A DNA stretch of 64,000 nucleotides from an uncultured Acidobacteriota bacterium (GCA_963826735.1 CAWGYN010000008.1:62489-126488); one strand, 5' to 3'. Shown: positions 34,554-47,065, counted from the stretch's first letter. Translations and numbers: made by a program. The notes: generated by a model not told the origin, from the letters alone.

Positions 34554-35417
34554 TCATTCTCGCCGGAACTTGTTGGCCTGCTCGAACTCATCGCGCAGCT
34601 CCGGCGTGCGCAGGTTCTCGCGCAAGTGAGCGAGACGCTGCTCGAGCGCCAGCAGCGCGCGCTCCACGGCTTCGGTGTTGGTGTGGGCAATGTCGCGCCA
34701 CATCGAGTAAGGGCTCGCGCCCAGCCGCGTCATCTCGCGCAGCGCGCGGCCGCCCACGTCTTTCAGCTCGGGCGCGTCGCCCACTTCCTCTTCAAGCAGC
34801 GCGCTCAGAGCCGTGGCCGCGAACTGCGGCAGATGGCTGACCCACGCCACCAGCTCGTCGTGGCGCGCGGCATCGAGATCGAGCGTCTTCGCGCCCATCG
34901 CCGTCACCCACTCGCGCCAGTCCTTCACGAGTTCCGCCGATTGCGGCGAACGCTTTGCCGCCGGATCGTCCGTGAACAGCCACACCGCGCCGCGAAACAG
35001 ATTGGCATCGCCCAGCGCCGCGCCGCCGCGCTCTTTGCCCGCCATGGGATGGCCGGGCAGAAACGCCGCGCGCTCCGGCGTGTTGAAGAGCCGCGCGGCA
35101 GCCTCTGAAATCACGCGCTTGGTGCTGCCCACATCGGTGACAAGCTGCTCGGGGCCGAGCACTCCGGCGCAGCTTCTCCATCAAATCGAGCGTGGCGTAG
35201 ATGGGCACGGCGAGCAGCGTCACCTGGCTCGCGCGCGCGGCCTGCAATCGGATCGGCCGCAAGCGAGTCGATCGCGCCCATCTTCAGCGCAGTCTGCGCC
35301 CTGCTCGGCGCTGCGGTTCCAGCCCGCGATCGAGCCGCGAAATCCCGCCGCGCGCAGCGCCAGGCCCACCGATGTGCCCAGCAGGCCCGTGCCCAGGATG
35401 GCGATGCGCTCGATCAT
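34554..35417 (-). CDS. tyrA: Prephenate/arogenate dehydrogenase (frameshifted)
   Basis: IAILGTGLLGTS, TDVGSTK, GHPMAGKE, HDELVAWVSHLPQ and MTRLG motifs. Confidence 0.88.
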
Positions 35418-35430
35418 GGAAGTCCTTCGA

Positions 35431-35500
35431 AGCGGAGTTGCGCGTTAGCGGAGCTAGCGGAGTTACTCCGCTAACTACGCGTAACGCCGCTACTCCGCTA
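35431..35500. repeat. Short-unit inverted repeat (TAGCGGAG / CTCCGCTA) between aroF and tyrA
   Basis: agcggagttg...ttagcggagctagcggagt followed by tactccgcta...tactccgcta. Confidence 0.7.
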
Positions 35501-35502
35501 TC

Positions 35503-36519
35503 TTACAGCGTCCGGCCCACCGCCGCTGCAATCACCCGCAGCTCGCCCACCAGCTTCTCAAACTGGTCGAGATAAAGCGTCTGCGCCGCGTCGGAGACAG
35601 CCTTGTCGGCGTTGGGATGAATCTCGATGAGCAGTGCGTCGGCGCCCGCGGCCACCGCGGCCTTGGCCATCGCGGGAACCATGTCGCGCCGGCCCGTGCC
35701 GTGCGAAGGATCGCCCACGATCGGCAGGTGCGAGAGCTTCTTCACCACCGGAATCGCCGCAATGTCCATGGTGTTGCGCGTCGCGGTTTCGTAGGTGCGG
35801 ATGCCGCGCTCGCACAGAATCACGTCGTAGTTGCCGCCGGAGAGAATGTACTCGCTCGAAAGCAGCAGCTCCTCGATGGTGGCCGCGATGCCGCGCTTCA
35901 GCAGGATCGGCTTGCGCACCTGGCCCAGCTCGCGCAGCAGGTTGAAGTTCTGCATGTTGCGCGCGCCCACCTGGAAGCAATCCACGTAGCGGCAGCATGG
36001 GCTCGATCTGCGCGATCTCCATCACCTCGCTCACCACCAGCAGGCCGTTCGCCTCGGCGGCTTCGCGCATCAGTTCCAGGCCCGGAATGCCCAGCCCCTG
36101 AAACGCGTACGGCGAGCTGCGCGGCTTGAAGGCGCCTCCGCGCAGAAAGCCGCCGCCCGCGGCCTTCACGCACGCGGCAATGGCGAAGATCTGTTCGCGG
36201 TTTTCAATGGCGCACGGCCCGGCGATGACGGCCACCTGCTCGCCGCCGATGTTCGCGCCGTTGCGAAACTCGACCACCGTGCCTTCCGGGCGAAACGCGC
36301 GGCCGGCCAGCTTGTAAGGCGAGCTGATGCGGTGCACGTGCAGCACGCCCGGCAGCATTTCAAACTTGGTCAGGTCGAGGCCGGCGGTGGGCCCACGCCG
36401 GCCAGAATGGTCTGGAACTCGCCCGTGGTGCGATGCACGTTCACGCCGGCCTCTTCCATGGCGTCGATCACGGCATCGATCTGTTCTTCGGTGGCTTTCT
36501 CCTGCATGGCGACAATCAT
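35503..36519 (-). CDS. aroF: DAHP synthase, type I-beta with N-terminal regulatory domain (frameshifted)
   Basis: [14 protein letters not shown]; [37 protein letters not shown] and DPSHGTG motifs. Confidence 0.9.
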
Positions 36520-36873
36520 TGCTTTGTTCCCTGTCTCGGGCGTCTGTGCGCCCGCGGCGTGGCCCGAGCGCTCCGCCCTCTGCTTGGGCGGCCTGGGCAT
36601 TTCTCTGGCTGGCCAACTCGTTCCTCTGCAATGCCCGCATCACGTCGATGATGCGCTCGTAGATATGCGTCAGCTCGATGTCGGGCAGCGGGCCCTTGTT
36701 GGCCGCGCGCACATTGGCGTAGATGATCTTTTCGCGCGCCGGCTCGTACACCGGCAGCGAAGTGGCGGCCTTCAGGTGGCCGATCATCTGCGCGGCGCGC
36801 GCCCGCTCGCTGAGCAACTCACGAGCTGGCGGTCCAGCGCATCGATTCGGATTCGCAATTCTTCGATCGTCAT
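36516..36873 (-). CDS. Chorismate mutase, AroQ type (frameshifted)
   Basis: MTIEELRIRIDALDRQ...ERARAAQMIGHLK...VYEPAREK; probable ATGA overlap with aroF. Confidence 0.85.
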
Positions 36874-36883
36874 TCCATCCTCG

Positions 36884-36992
36884 TAGCTGCTAGCTTCTAG
36901 CTTCTAGCTTCAGCTCCTGCTCGAATGCAAGCCTCAGCGGCTCAATCCGCCACCGGACAAGCTGGAAGCTAGAAGCTAGAAGCTAGAAGCTG
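36884..36992. repeat. Inverted heptamer arrays (TAGCTTC)n ... (GAAGCTA)n between trpA and chorismate mutase
   Basis: Three to four copies per arm, able to form a long hairpin. Confidence 0.8.
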
Positions 36993-36998
36993 CTTTTC

Positions 36999-37787
36999 TC
37001 ACCGGGCCAGCGCCGCATGAGGCAGGCGCAGGCCCTTGATAAATCGAGCCACCGCGCCGGGCGCCGTCTCCGGCGTCGAGCGCTCAATCAGCTCCACAAT
37101 CGCGCTGCCGATCACCGCGGCATCCGCGAACTCCGCCACCTGCGCGACGTGTTCCGCGTTGGTGATGCCGAACCCCACGGCCACCGGCAGCTGTGGTCCA
37201 TCGCCGGATGCGCGCGACCAGCGCCGCCGCATCGGCGGTCAGGCTCTGCTGCGTGCCGGTAATGCCGACGCGCGAAATGGCGTAAACAAAACCTTTGGAG
37301 TGCGTGGCGATGGCCTCAAGCCGCTCGTCGGGACTGGTGGGCGCGGCCAGAAAAATCGGCGCCAGATCCACGCGGCTCCATCTCGGCCAGATACTCGCCC
37401 GCCTCTTCGACAATCATGTCGGTGGCCAGCACGCCGTCCACGCCGGCGGCCGCTGGCATCGTCGGCAAACTTGCGCAGGCCGTAGCGCAAGAATCGGATT
37501 GAAATAGCTGAAGATCACCAGGCCCGCGGCGGGCCGCGCGGCGCGAATCTCGCGCGCCAGCGCCAGCACGTCTTTGAGCCGCGTGTCCCGTGCGCCAGTG
37601 CGCGCTCGCTGGCGCGCTGGATCACCGGCCCGTCGGCCAGCGGATCGCTGAACGGCACGCCCAGCTCGATCACATCCGCGCCCGCGTCAATGGCCGCAAG
37701 CGCAATCTCGCGCGTGGCATCGAGGCTCGGGTCGCCGGCCGTCAGATAAACAACCAGGCCCGGTTTGTGATCGAAACGAATCGCCAT
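36999..37787 (-). CDS. trpA: Tryptophan synthase alpha chain (frameshifted)
   Basis: [43 protein letters not shown] and VAVGFGI motifs. Confidence 0.92.
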
Positions 37788-37858
37788 CGAATCTCGACTT
37801 CGAATCATGAATGCTGCCCCAGGTCTCGATTTTGAACCTGGGAGCGATCCTCACGCCG

Positions 37859-39069
37859 CTACAGCTTCAACTCGCGCGCCAGGATGCCCATATCCTTGTC
37901 GCCGCGTCCAGAGAGGTTCACCACCAGTATGTCATGCGCCGCCAGCGCGGGAGCAATGCGCAGGGCCTCGGCCACCGCGTGCGCGCTTTCGAGCGCCGGC
38001 AGAATGCCCTCGGTCCGCGCCAGCTTCACCACCGCATCGAGCGCCGCCGCATCGTCCTGCGAAACATACTCCGCGCGGCCCGAGTCGTGCAGCGCCGCGT
38101 GCTCCGGCCCGATCGACGCATAATCCAGTCCCGCCGAAACCGAATGCGTCAGCGCGATCTGCCCGTCCTCATCCTGCAGCACGTAGGAAAACGTCCCCTG
38201 CAGCACTCCCGGCGCTCCGCCCTGAAAGCGCGCCGCATGCTCGCCCAGCGCCGTCCCGCGCCCGCCGGCCTCCACGCCGATCAGCCGCACCTGCCGGTCG
38301 GGAATGAACTCGTAGAACGCGCCAATCGCATTCGACCCGCCGCCCACGCAGGCAATCACCGCCGTCGGCAGCCGGCCTTCTTTCTCCAGAATCTGCTCCT
38401 TCATCTCGCGGCTGATGCAGCGATGAAAGTCGCGCACCATGGTCGGATAAGGATGCGCGCCCAGCGCGCTGCCCAGCAGATAATAAGTCGTCCGCACGTT
38501 GGTGACCCAGTCGCGCATGGCCTCGCTGATGGCGTCTTTCAGCGTCTTCGATCCCGACGAAACGCCGCGCACCTCCGCGCCCAGCAGCCGCATGCGCAGC
38601 ACGTTCAGCTCCTGGCGCTCCATGTCCACATCGCCCATGTAGATCACGCACTCCAGGCCCAGCAGCGCGCACACCGTCGCCGTGGCCACGCCGTGCTGGC
38701 CCGCGCCGGTCTCGGCAATGATGCGCTTCTTGCCCATGCGCTTGGCCAGCAGTCCCTGGCCCAGCGCGTTGTTGATCTTGTGCGCGCCGGTGTGCAGCAG
38801 GTCTTCGCGCTTCAGATAGATCTTCGCCCCGCCCAGCTGCTTCCGTCAGCCGCTTGGCAAAGTAGAGCGGCGTGGGCCGGCCCGCGTAGTCCTTCAGCAG
38901 GTCGAGCCAGCTCGGCCTGAAACGCCGCGTCGGCCTTGGCCGCTTCGTACTCGTGCTCCAGCTCAACCAGCGCCGCCATCAGCGTCTCCGGCACATAGCG
39001 CCCGCCATAGACGCCAAAGCGCCCCGGCCGCGACTCGGAGGGATTTGCCGGAAGAATGACCGATGCCAT
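37859..39069 (-). CDS. trpB: Tryptophan synthase beta chain (frameshifted near the 5' end)
   Basis: [38 protein letters not shown] and NLSGRGDKD motifs. Confidence 0.95.
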
Positions 39070-39187
39070 GAGGAACTCCTGCGCCTTGTCTGCCCGATTG
39101 AGCGGGGAATCCTTAGTATACTAAGACCCTCAGAAAAACCTCTTTTCAGGCGCGTTCCTGAATCTCGATTGTCGAGGAGAAAGCGGT

Positions 39188-40090
39188 ATGCCCTGCCGCG
39201 CAAGAATCCGGCCAGCATTGGCTCTGTTCGCCATCATTAGTTGCGCGCATTTCCTCGTCGGAATGGTCTCAGGTCAGCAGCAGCCGCCACTTTCCGGCAG
39301 CGAGAACCTCGATGCGTTCCTCAAGCGGATGGAAGCGAATGTGCGTGCAAACGATCCACTTGCTGCACGGTATACATATGACGAAACGCGCGAGACAAAG
39401 TGCTACAACCATAAGGGCAAGCAAACACATCAGAACTCCGAAAAATTTGTGAGCGTGATAATTGGTGGCCTCGATTACAACCGGGTGGTGGAAAGAAACG
39501 GTGTGCCCGTCCCGGAGAATCGGCAGATTGCCGAACAAAAACGACAGGATGCAATAAGTGAACTGGGTAAGAGTTATGACTTTGTTTTCGAATTGATAGG
39601 CCTTAACCCTCGGGATTACATTTACAGCGACTTGCCGGTCTCCTATCTCGATTCGCTCTTCGACAATCACGTGATCAGGCACGAACTCATCAATGGACGC
39701 GACAATCTTGTGGTTGAATCGACACCGAAGGCAAATGCAAACCCTAGCTCCGACCGAGCAAAGACGGCGCTGGACTGGAAAGAAACCACATGGATCGATA
39801 TCGAGGATGCAATGCCTACCCGATACGATATAGAGCTGCTAAATAGCAAGAAATACCTGCTAAGTGGAAGCACAGGCAGAAACGAATTCACGCGGTTGCC
39901 AGTTACTCGCCCCGGCGACTCGCGATTGCCCCCTGTGGTTTGGCTAATTCATGGTGTACGTGGTCATTATAGCTACAAGATTCTTTGGTCAACAAACTCG
40001 AGTGTTACCCAAATTGACTGCTACAACTACAAAAGGTTTCAGTCTGACGCGCGCGTGCTTAACGATTCTGTACAGGAAAGCCCGCAATAA
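39188..40090 (+). CDS. Secreted hypothetical protein, lower GC, opposite strand within the trp cluster
   Basis: Intact 300-aa ORF with GAGGAG RBS and signal peptide; visibly more A/T-ending codons; E.INGR..LVVE..PK and WID.ED motifs. Confidence 0.7.
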   Translation: MPCRARIRPALALFAIISCAHFLVGMVSGQQQPPLSGSENLDAFLKRMEANVRANDPLAARYTYDETRETKCYNHKGKQTHQNSEKFVSVIIGGLDYNRVVERNGVPVPENRQIAEQKRQDAISELGKSYDFVFELIGLNPRDYIYSDLPVSYLDSLFDNHVIRHELINGRDNLVVESTPKANANPSSDRAKTALDWKETTWIDIEDAMPTRYDIELLNSKKYLLSGSTGRNEFTRLPVTRPGDSRLPPVVWLIHGVRGHYSYKILWSTNSSVTQIDCYNYKRFQSDARVLNDSVQESPQ

Positions 40091-40114
40091 TTCTCGCCTG
40101 CGCAAGCCGAAAGC

Positions 40115-40770
40115 TTACAACTGCGCCGCCCGCGCTCGCTCAATAAACGCCCGCACCTTCGCCGCATCCTTGCGCCCCGGCGCGGCTCCACCCCGCTCAC
40201 CACATCCACGCCCCAGGGACGCAGCGTCGCAATCGCTTCCGCCACATTCTCCGGCGTCAATCCACCCGCCGCAATGAACTTCATGGGCCCGTCCGCGTCG
40301 AAAATCAGTCCCCGCGCTGCGTCCCAATCGAACGCGACGCCCGTGCCGCCCACCGCCGCGGTCGTGCGCGAATCCACCAGCAGCGCATCAATGTGTGCAT
40401 CGCGCGCAATCGCCGCCACGCGCTTCCCGGCCCTTGCATCGAAGTGCACCACGCCCAGAATGCGCAGCGTCGGCCCAAATCTCTCGCGCAGTTGCGCCGG
40501 CAACGCGGCTGGCGCGTCAAAATGCAGTTGCACGCCTGTCAGTCCCGCAGCTTCGACCGTGGCCGCAATCTCATCGAATCCCGCATCGACAAAAACGCCG
40601 ATCTTTTCGAGCGCCGCCGGCAACTGCGGCACAATCTGCGCCGCCTGTTCCGCCGTCACGCGCCGCGGGCTGGGCGCAAACACGAATCCCACCGCATCGG
40701 CCCCGGCTTCCGCAGCCAGTTGCGCGTCGGCCAGCGAGGTATTAGCGCAGATTTTGATCCAGAGGCTCAT
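40115..40770 (-). CDS. trpF: Phosphoribosylanthranilate isomerase (frameshift near the 3' end)
   Basis: WIKICA, GFVFAPSPRRV, GGTGVAFDW, AGGLTPENV and GVDVVSGVE motifs. Confidence 0.9.
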
Positions 40771-41594
40771 GGTTTTCCGGTCGCGCCCTTGAGCAACTCC
40801 GCCAGCGCCTCGCCGGGATCGGGCTGGCGCATCAGGCTTTCGCCGATCAGGAACGCATCGAATCCCGCCTTGCGCAGACGCGCAATGTCCTCGGGCGTCG
40901 AGATGCCGCTTTCCGTCACGCGCACCACGCTTGCGGGAATTTGATCGACAAGCGCCAGCGAAGTCTCCTGACTCACATCGAAGGTCTTCAGGTCGCGATT
41001 GTTCACGCCGATCGCATCCGCGCCCGTCTCGCCCAGCGCGTCGAGCAAGTCTGCCAGTTCATCTGCGGTATGCACTTCCACCAGCACGTCGAGCGCGAGC
41101 GCGTGCGCCGCTTCGGAGCAAGCGCTTCAACTCCGCAGCGGTCAGCGCGGCGGCAATCAGCAGAATCGCATCGGCGCGATGCGCCCGCGCCTCGACAATT
41201 TGGTACTCGTCGACGATGAAGTCCTTGCGCAGGCAGGGCAGCGGCGCAGCCGCCGAGGCTAGCTCCAGATTGCGCAGGCTGCCCTGAAAGTACGGCTCAT
41301 CGGTGAGCACCGAAAGCGCCGCGGCCCCGCCGGTGCGATAACGCCGGGCCAGCCATGCCGGGTCGAAAGCCGCGCGAATCAGGCCTTTTGAAGGCGAGGC
41401 CTTCTTGATCTCGGCGATGACGGCCGGACCCTGCGCAGCCTGGCGCCGCAGCGCGGCAGCCCATCCGCGCGGGTGGTGCTCGGCCGCGCGGTGCTCCAGA
41501 TCGGCCACGAGGCACATCGGCTCTTCGCCGCGGCCAAGGTGGCGCGCGTCGAGGCCAGAATCGTCGAGAGAAATGTGTCGGTGCGCGTGGACAT
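40767..41594 (-). CDS. trpC: Indole-3-glycerol phosphate synthase (frameshifted)
   Basis: [36 protein letters not shown] and LIGESLM motifs. Confidence 0.92.
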
Positions 41595-41624
41595 GCTCTA
41601 CGCAAAGTATACGGTGAGCCCGGT

Positions 41625-43084
41625 TTAACGCCTGGCGGCAGCCGCAGGTTCAGGCACACCCGCCAGCTCCCGCGCCGCCTGGCGCCCCAGCCGGATGCAA
41701 TCGGGAACGCCGATGCCGTCGTACGCATTCCCGACCAGCCGCAGCCCGGGCAGCGCGGCTACGCGCGCGCTCGATCCGCTGCATGCGCTCCTTGTGGCCC
41801 ACGGCATATTGCGCCATGGCGCGGCGCCAGCGCGAAACCTGCGCATGCTCCGGCTCAACCTCCGCGCTGAACGTCTTCGCGCCCAGAATCTCGCTCATCT
41901 CGCGCCGCACCGTTGCCACCAGAGCCTCGTCGCTCTCTGCCAGCAGCTCCTCGCGCTTCATGCCGCCCAGGAACGCGCGAAACACCGCCTTGCCCGGCGG
42001 CGTGCGCCCCAGAAACTTGCGATGCACAAACGTGCAGGCCAGCATCGCGCGGCCTTCCACCGCCGGAACCAGAAATCCGAATCCCTCCGGCAGCGCGCCG
42101 ATCTTCGCTTCGTCGTAGACCAGGTTGACGGTGATCGACGAAGAGTACGGAATGCCGCCGAGCTCGGCGCCGAGCACGGCGTCGACCGGCGTCAAGCAGA
42201 TCGCCCGCAGCCCACGCGGGCGCAGCCATGATCAGCGCGTCAAAGTCTTCGCCGCGCTCCGCCGGCCTCCACGCGCCAGCCGCTGCGCCGTCTTCTCGAA
42301 TCGCCGCTCACCGGCGTCGCCGTGCGCACACTGGCCGGATCGAGCCGCGCCGTGAGCGCATCCACCAACTGGCTGCATGCCGCCGCGCAGCGCCGTAAAA
42401 ATCGCCGGCTCCGCCGCTTTGCGTCCTTTGGACGAGGTCTTCGCCATGGCTCGCATCTTCTTGTGCGCGGCCAGCATGCCGCGCGTCAGCGAGCCGTACT
42501 TCGTCTCCATCTCCACCAGCCGCGGCAGCACGGTTTGCGCGCTCAGTTGCGCGGCGTCGCCGCCATAAATGCCGCTCAGCAGCGGATCGGCCAGCCGGTC
42601 CACGGCCTCCTGCCCAAAGTGCCGCTCCACCAGCGCCGCCACCGACTCATCGCCGCCCGCTGGGCCGCGGAGGATGCAGCAGCTCCAGCCCCATGCGCAT
42701 CTTGGTGCGCAAGCTGAACAGCCGCGTCAGCGCCGTCGGAACCAGCTTGGTCGGCACCAGGAACATGAGCCCGTCGGGCAGCGCCACCAGCCGATTGCGC
42801 ACCACAATATAGGTCTTGCGCGCCGCGTCGTTTGAGGGCATCAGCTCGCCGCCGAGTCCCAACTCGCGGCAGAGCTCCGCCGCCGCAGGCTTTTCCGTCA
42901 GGAACGAGTCGGGCCCGCGCTCCAGCACCGCGCCGTTCACGATCTCCGATGCCAGCGATCCGCCCAGCCGCGGCCGCTCCTCATAAAGCGTGTACTCGAC
43001 CGCCGCGCCGGCCGCGCGCGCTTTTTCCAGCTCATAGGCCGCCGCCAGCCCCGCAATGCCGCCGCCGATGATCGCAATCCGCAT
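41625..43084 (-). CDS. hemG: Protoporphyrinogen/coproporphyrinogen oxidase, HemY type (frameshifted)
   Basis: [44 protein letters not shown] and GIGVPDCI motifs. Confidence 0.88.
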
Positions 43085-43206
43085 TCCTTGACCTCACTCC
43101 ATCTTTACAGCAATTTGCGGCATCGTGCGTGTGCGGCAGGGAACGGCAGCCTCGCCGGAAGACGCGCACTCTAAGAATAGAATCAAGGCGCGGCCCGGTT
43201 GCGGCA

Positions 43207-43222
43207 AGTGATTTAAATCACT
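43207..43222. promoter_or_regulatory. Putative CRP/FNR-family site between divergent hemG and cydA
   Basis: Perfect 16-bp palindrome AGTGATTTAAATCACT. Confidence 0.65.
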
Positions 43223-43373
43223 GGAAGAGCTAGAATCGGGTAGCGGGACAGAGTCCATCGTGCGCCTGTCCTGAAAATCGCGGCCAGTTCGCTGTCATCG
43301 ACCTGCTGCACTTAACCTCCGACCGCATCTTGTCCGCGTCCACCGTCGCACGTCCCGCAGCAGGAGGCCTTCG

Positions 43374-44726
43374 ATGACCGCCGAGATGATTCACCGGCTG
43401 CATTTTGCCTTCACCATCACCTTCCATTATCTGTTTCCGCAGCTCACCATGGGCCTGGCCCTGCTGATCGTCGTGCTCAAAACGGTGGCGCTGCGCACCG
43501 GCAGCGAAACATGGGACCGCGCGGCGCGCTTCTGGGGCCGCATCTTCGCCATCAACTTCGTCTTCGGCGTGGTCACCGGCATTCCCATGGAGTTCGAGTT
43601 CGGCACCAACTGGGCGCGCTTCTCGCGGCTTTCCGGCGGCGTCATCGGCCAGCCGCTGGCCATGGAAGGCGTCTTCAGCTTCTTTCTCGAGTCGGCGTTT
43701 CTCGGCCTGTTCCTCTACGGCGAAAAGCGCATCTCGCAAGCGCATGCACTGGTTCTCCGCGGTCATGGTCTGGCTGGGTTCGTGGATCTCCGGCTTCTTC
43801 ATCATCGTCACCGACGCGTGGATGCAGCATCCCGTGGCCTACACCCGCATGCCCGACGGCCATTTTGAGGTGCTCAGCTTCTGGCAGCTGCTCTGAATCC
43901 CTGGGGATCTCTGCAGTACATGCACAACATGACCGGCGCAGTCGTCACCGGCTCCTTCGTCATGGCCGCCGTCGGCGCGTTCTATCTGCTGGAAGGCCGC
44001 CGCGAAGAGTACGGCCGCATCTTCCTCAAGGTGGGCGTCATCGCCGGCGTCATTTCGTCCATCCTCATCATCTTTCCCACCGGCGATCTTGCCGGCAAAT
44101 ACGTCGCGCGAAAACCAGCCCGCGGCCATTGCCGCCATGGAGGGCCTCTTCACGAGCCGAGACCGGCGCGCCCATCGTGCTCATGGGCCAGCCCAACGAA
44201 GAAACCGGCCAGATCGACAATCCCATCGTCGTCAACAACGTGCTGAGCTTCCTCATCTATGGCACCACTAAGGCCGAAGTGAAGGGGCTCGATCAGTTTC
44301 CGCACGACCAGTGGCCAACTGCGCTGCCGCTGCTCTTCTACGCCTACCACATCATGGCTGGGCTCGGAACTTGGTTCGTGCTGCTGATGGTTGTCGCTGC
44401 GTTTCTGCTCTGGCGCGGGCGGCTCTCCACCTCGCGCTGGGTGTTGTGGGCGCTTGCTGCTCAGTTTTCCGCTGCCCTACATCGCCAACACCGCCGGCTG
44501 GATGACCGCCGAGCTGGGCCGCCAGCCCTGGCTCATCTACGGATTGATGCGCACCAGCGAGGGCTTCTCCGACACCGTTTCGGCCAGCAACGGACTGTTC
44601 ACGCTGCTCGGCTTCATGGGACTATACACACTGCTGGGCCTGCTTTTCACGGTGCTCATCTATCGCGAGATCGACAGTGGCCCGGATCCGAAAGCGCCCG
44701 CAGCGGAAACCGTTGCAGCCGATTGA
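43374..44726 (+). CDS. cydA: Cytochrome bd quinol oxidase subunit I (frameshifted)
   Basis: [41 protein letters not shown] and [12 protein letters not shown] motifs. Confidence 0.92.
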
Positions 44727-44727
44727 G

Positions 44728-44782
44728 CAACTGAAATTGCCAACTGCAAACTGTGAACTACGAACTGTGAACTGAAAACTGA
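44728..44782. repeat. Degenerate heptamer tract (AACTGNR-like) between cydA and cydB
   Basis: caactgaaattgccaactgcaaactgtgaactacgaactgtgaactgaaaactga. Confidence 0.7.
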
Positions 44783-44792
44783 GGTTTCCGTC

Positions 44793-45841
44793 ATGATGGG
44801 TTTTCATCTGGTTCTGGCTGGTTGCGGTCATGATCGTCGGCTACGTGGTGCTCGACGGCTTCGATCTCGGCGTCGGCGTGCTGCATCTGTTTCTGGTGCG
44901 CACCGAAGCCGAGCGCAAAGCCACGCTGGCCTCCATCGGCCCCGTGTGGGACGGCAACGAAGTCTGGCTGCTGGCCGGCGGCGGCACGCTCTACTTCGCC
45001 TTTCCGCTGCTCTACGCCTCGGCCTTCAGCGGCTTCTATCTGCCGCTCATGATCGTGCTCTGGCTGCTGGTCCTGCGCGGCGTGAGCGCTGGAGCTGCGC
45101 AACCACATCGACGTCGGCGTCTGGCGCTCGCTGCTCGACGGCGTCTTCGGTTTTTCCAGCGCACTGCTCACCATCTTTTTCGGCGCGGCTCTCGCCAACG
45201 TGCTGCGCGGCGTGCCGCTCAATGCCGACGGCTACTTCTTCCTGCCTCTGTGGACCAACTGGCAGCCCGGCGTCGCGCCCGGCATTCTCGACTGGTACAC
45301 GGTCATCGGCGGCCTCGTCGCGCTCGTCGCACTCACCCTGCACGGCGCTTTGTGGCTCTCGCTCAAAACCTCTGGCGATCTGGAGCAGCGCGCGCGCAAC
45401 GTGGTCTACGCCACTCTGGCTCATCCTTGTCGCGCTCACCGTGGTCAGCCTCTTCGCCACCATCGCCGTGCGTCCCGCCAGCCTCGACAACTACTCTCAC
45501 TACCCGGTCACCTTCGTGGTTCCCGTGGGCGTCATCGCCTCGCTCGCTGGCGATCTGGTTCTGGAACCGCAAAGGCGAGCCGCTGAAGGCCTTTCTCGCT
45601 TCGTGCCTCTATCTTTTCTTCATGCTGGCCGGGGCCTGCTGGGGCGTCTATCCGGTGCTGCTTGCCCGCCACCACCGGCGCAGCCAACGACATCACCCTC
45701 ACCCGCGCGATCTCCGGCCCGCACACACTGGCCGTGGGCCTCGCATGGTGGATCGTCGGCATGGCGCTGGCCGTTGGCTACGTGGTCTTCGTCTACTCGC
45801 GCTTCAAGGGCAAAGTGGGTGCGGCGGCGCACGGCCACTAA
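44793..45841 (+). CDS. cydB: Cytochrome bd quinol oxidase subunit II (frameshifted)
   Basis: YVVLDGFDLGVG, IGPVWDGNEVWL and FAFPLLYA motifs. Confidence 0.92.
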
Positions 45842-45850
45842 GCGGCGGCT

Positions 45851-47065
45851 CTACAGCGTCACCAGCGGTTCGGCCGGCGTCCATTGCTTGAACGCTTCCG
45901 CCGTCTGCTCCCGCTCCGGATCCCAGTTCTTCGGTTGGTAGATGCAGCACGGCTCCTGCGGCCAGCGGATCGCCGGTCAGCGCGTAGGCCCGCGCCCGCG
46001 ACCCTCCGCAGATCTCCTTGTACTCGCAGGCGCCGCATTTGCCTTCGAGCCGCTTGGTGTCGCGCAGCGCCTTGAAGATTGGCGCGTTGCGGTAGATTTC
46101 GCCGAGCGGCGTCTCGCGCATGTTGCCCGCATGGATGGGCAGAAACCCGCTGGGATACACGTTGCCCACGTGCGAGATAAACACGAATCCCTTGCCGTCG
46201 TTCACGCGCCGCGTCGCCCAGCTCATGGTGCGCGTCTGGCCGTCGGCAGTTGGCGTGCCTGCTTCGTATGCAGCCCCGTGCCGGCATGTGCCGTGCCCAT
46301 GCCCCATCTTCCGCTCTTCCAGGTTGTGCTGCAGCAGGTAGCGGCGATAGTGCATCGCCTCCGTGGTCTTGATCTGGAAGTTGGCGCGCCGCGAGAGCTC
46401 GTAAATCTTGCCAAAGACCTGCTCGAACTCTTCGCCGCTGCAGCAGATCGTCCAGCTGGCCGCGTCCCACGGGAACCAGGAAAAACACATTCCACATCAC
46501 GATCGCCAGCTTCTCGAACAGATTGCACAGGTTGTCGAGATCGTGCGCGTTGTGGCGGCTGATCGTGGTGTGCACCTGGATCGGAATGCCGGCCTCGTTG
46601 GCCCACTCGATCGCCTGGATGGTGCGCGCCCACGCGCCCGGCAGCCCGCGAAACGCGTCGTGAATCTCGGGCGTCGAGCCGTCGAGCGAAATGCCCAGCC
46701 GCACCAGCCCGGCTTCTTTCATCTTGAAAATCTGCTTCGCGCGTCAGCAGCGGCGTGGCGCTCGGCGTCACGGCAACCTGCACGCCTTTGCCTGCGGCGT
46801 AGCGGATCAACTCGAAAACATCCTTGCGCTTCAGCGGATCGCCGCCCGTGAAGACGAAGATCGGAATGTGCATGTCGGCGATCTGGTCGATCAGCGCCTT
46901 GCCTTCCTCGTGCGTCAGTTCGTCGGGGTGGGGAATCGGTTGCGCGGCGGCGCGGCAGTGCTTGCAGGCCAGATCGCAGGACTGCGTGACTTCCCAGATG
47001 GCAAGAAACGGCGATTCGTCGTAATCAATCCCGCCTCGTGCGGGAATATTGTGCATCGGTTGCAT
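45851..47065 (-). CDS. Radical SAM/SPASM protein, Ahb/NirJ-like (TIGR04053-like; frameshifted)
   Basis: WEVTQSCDLACKHCRA (CxxxCxxC), FTGGDPL, VNDGKGFVFISH and GKCGACEY..ICGGSRARAYA motifs. Confidence 0.85.

Noticed and set aside
35558-36817. Apparent chorismate mutase-DAHP synthase fusion ORF
   Set aside because: The ORF passes through out-of-frame sequence; aroF has its own N-terminal regulatory domain and start, so the fusion is best explained by indels.
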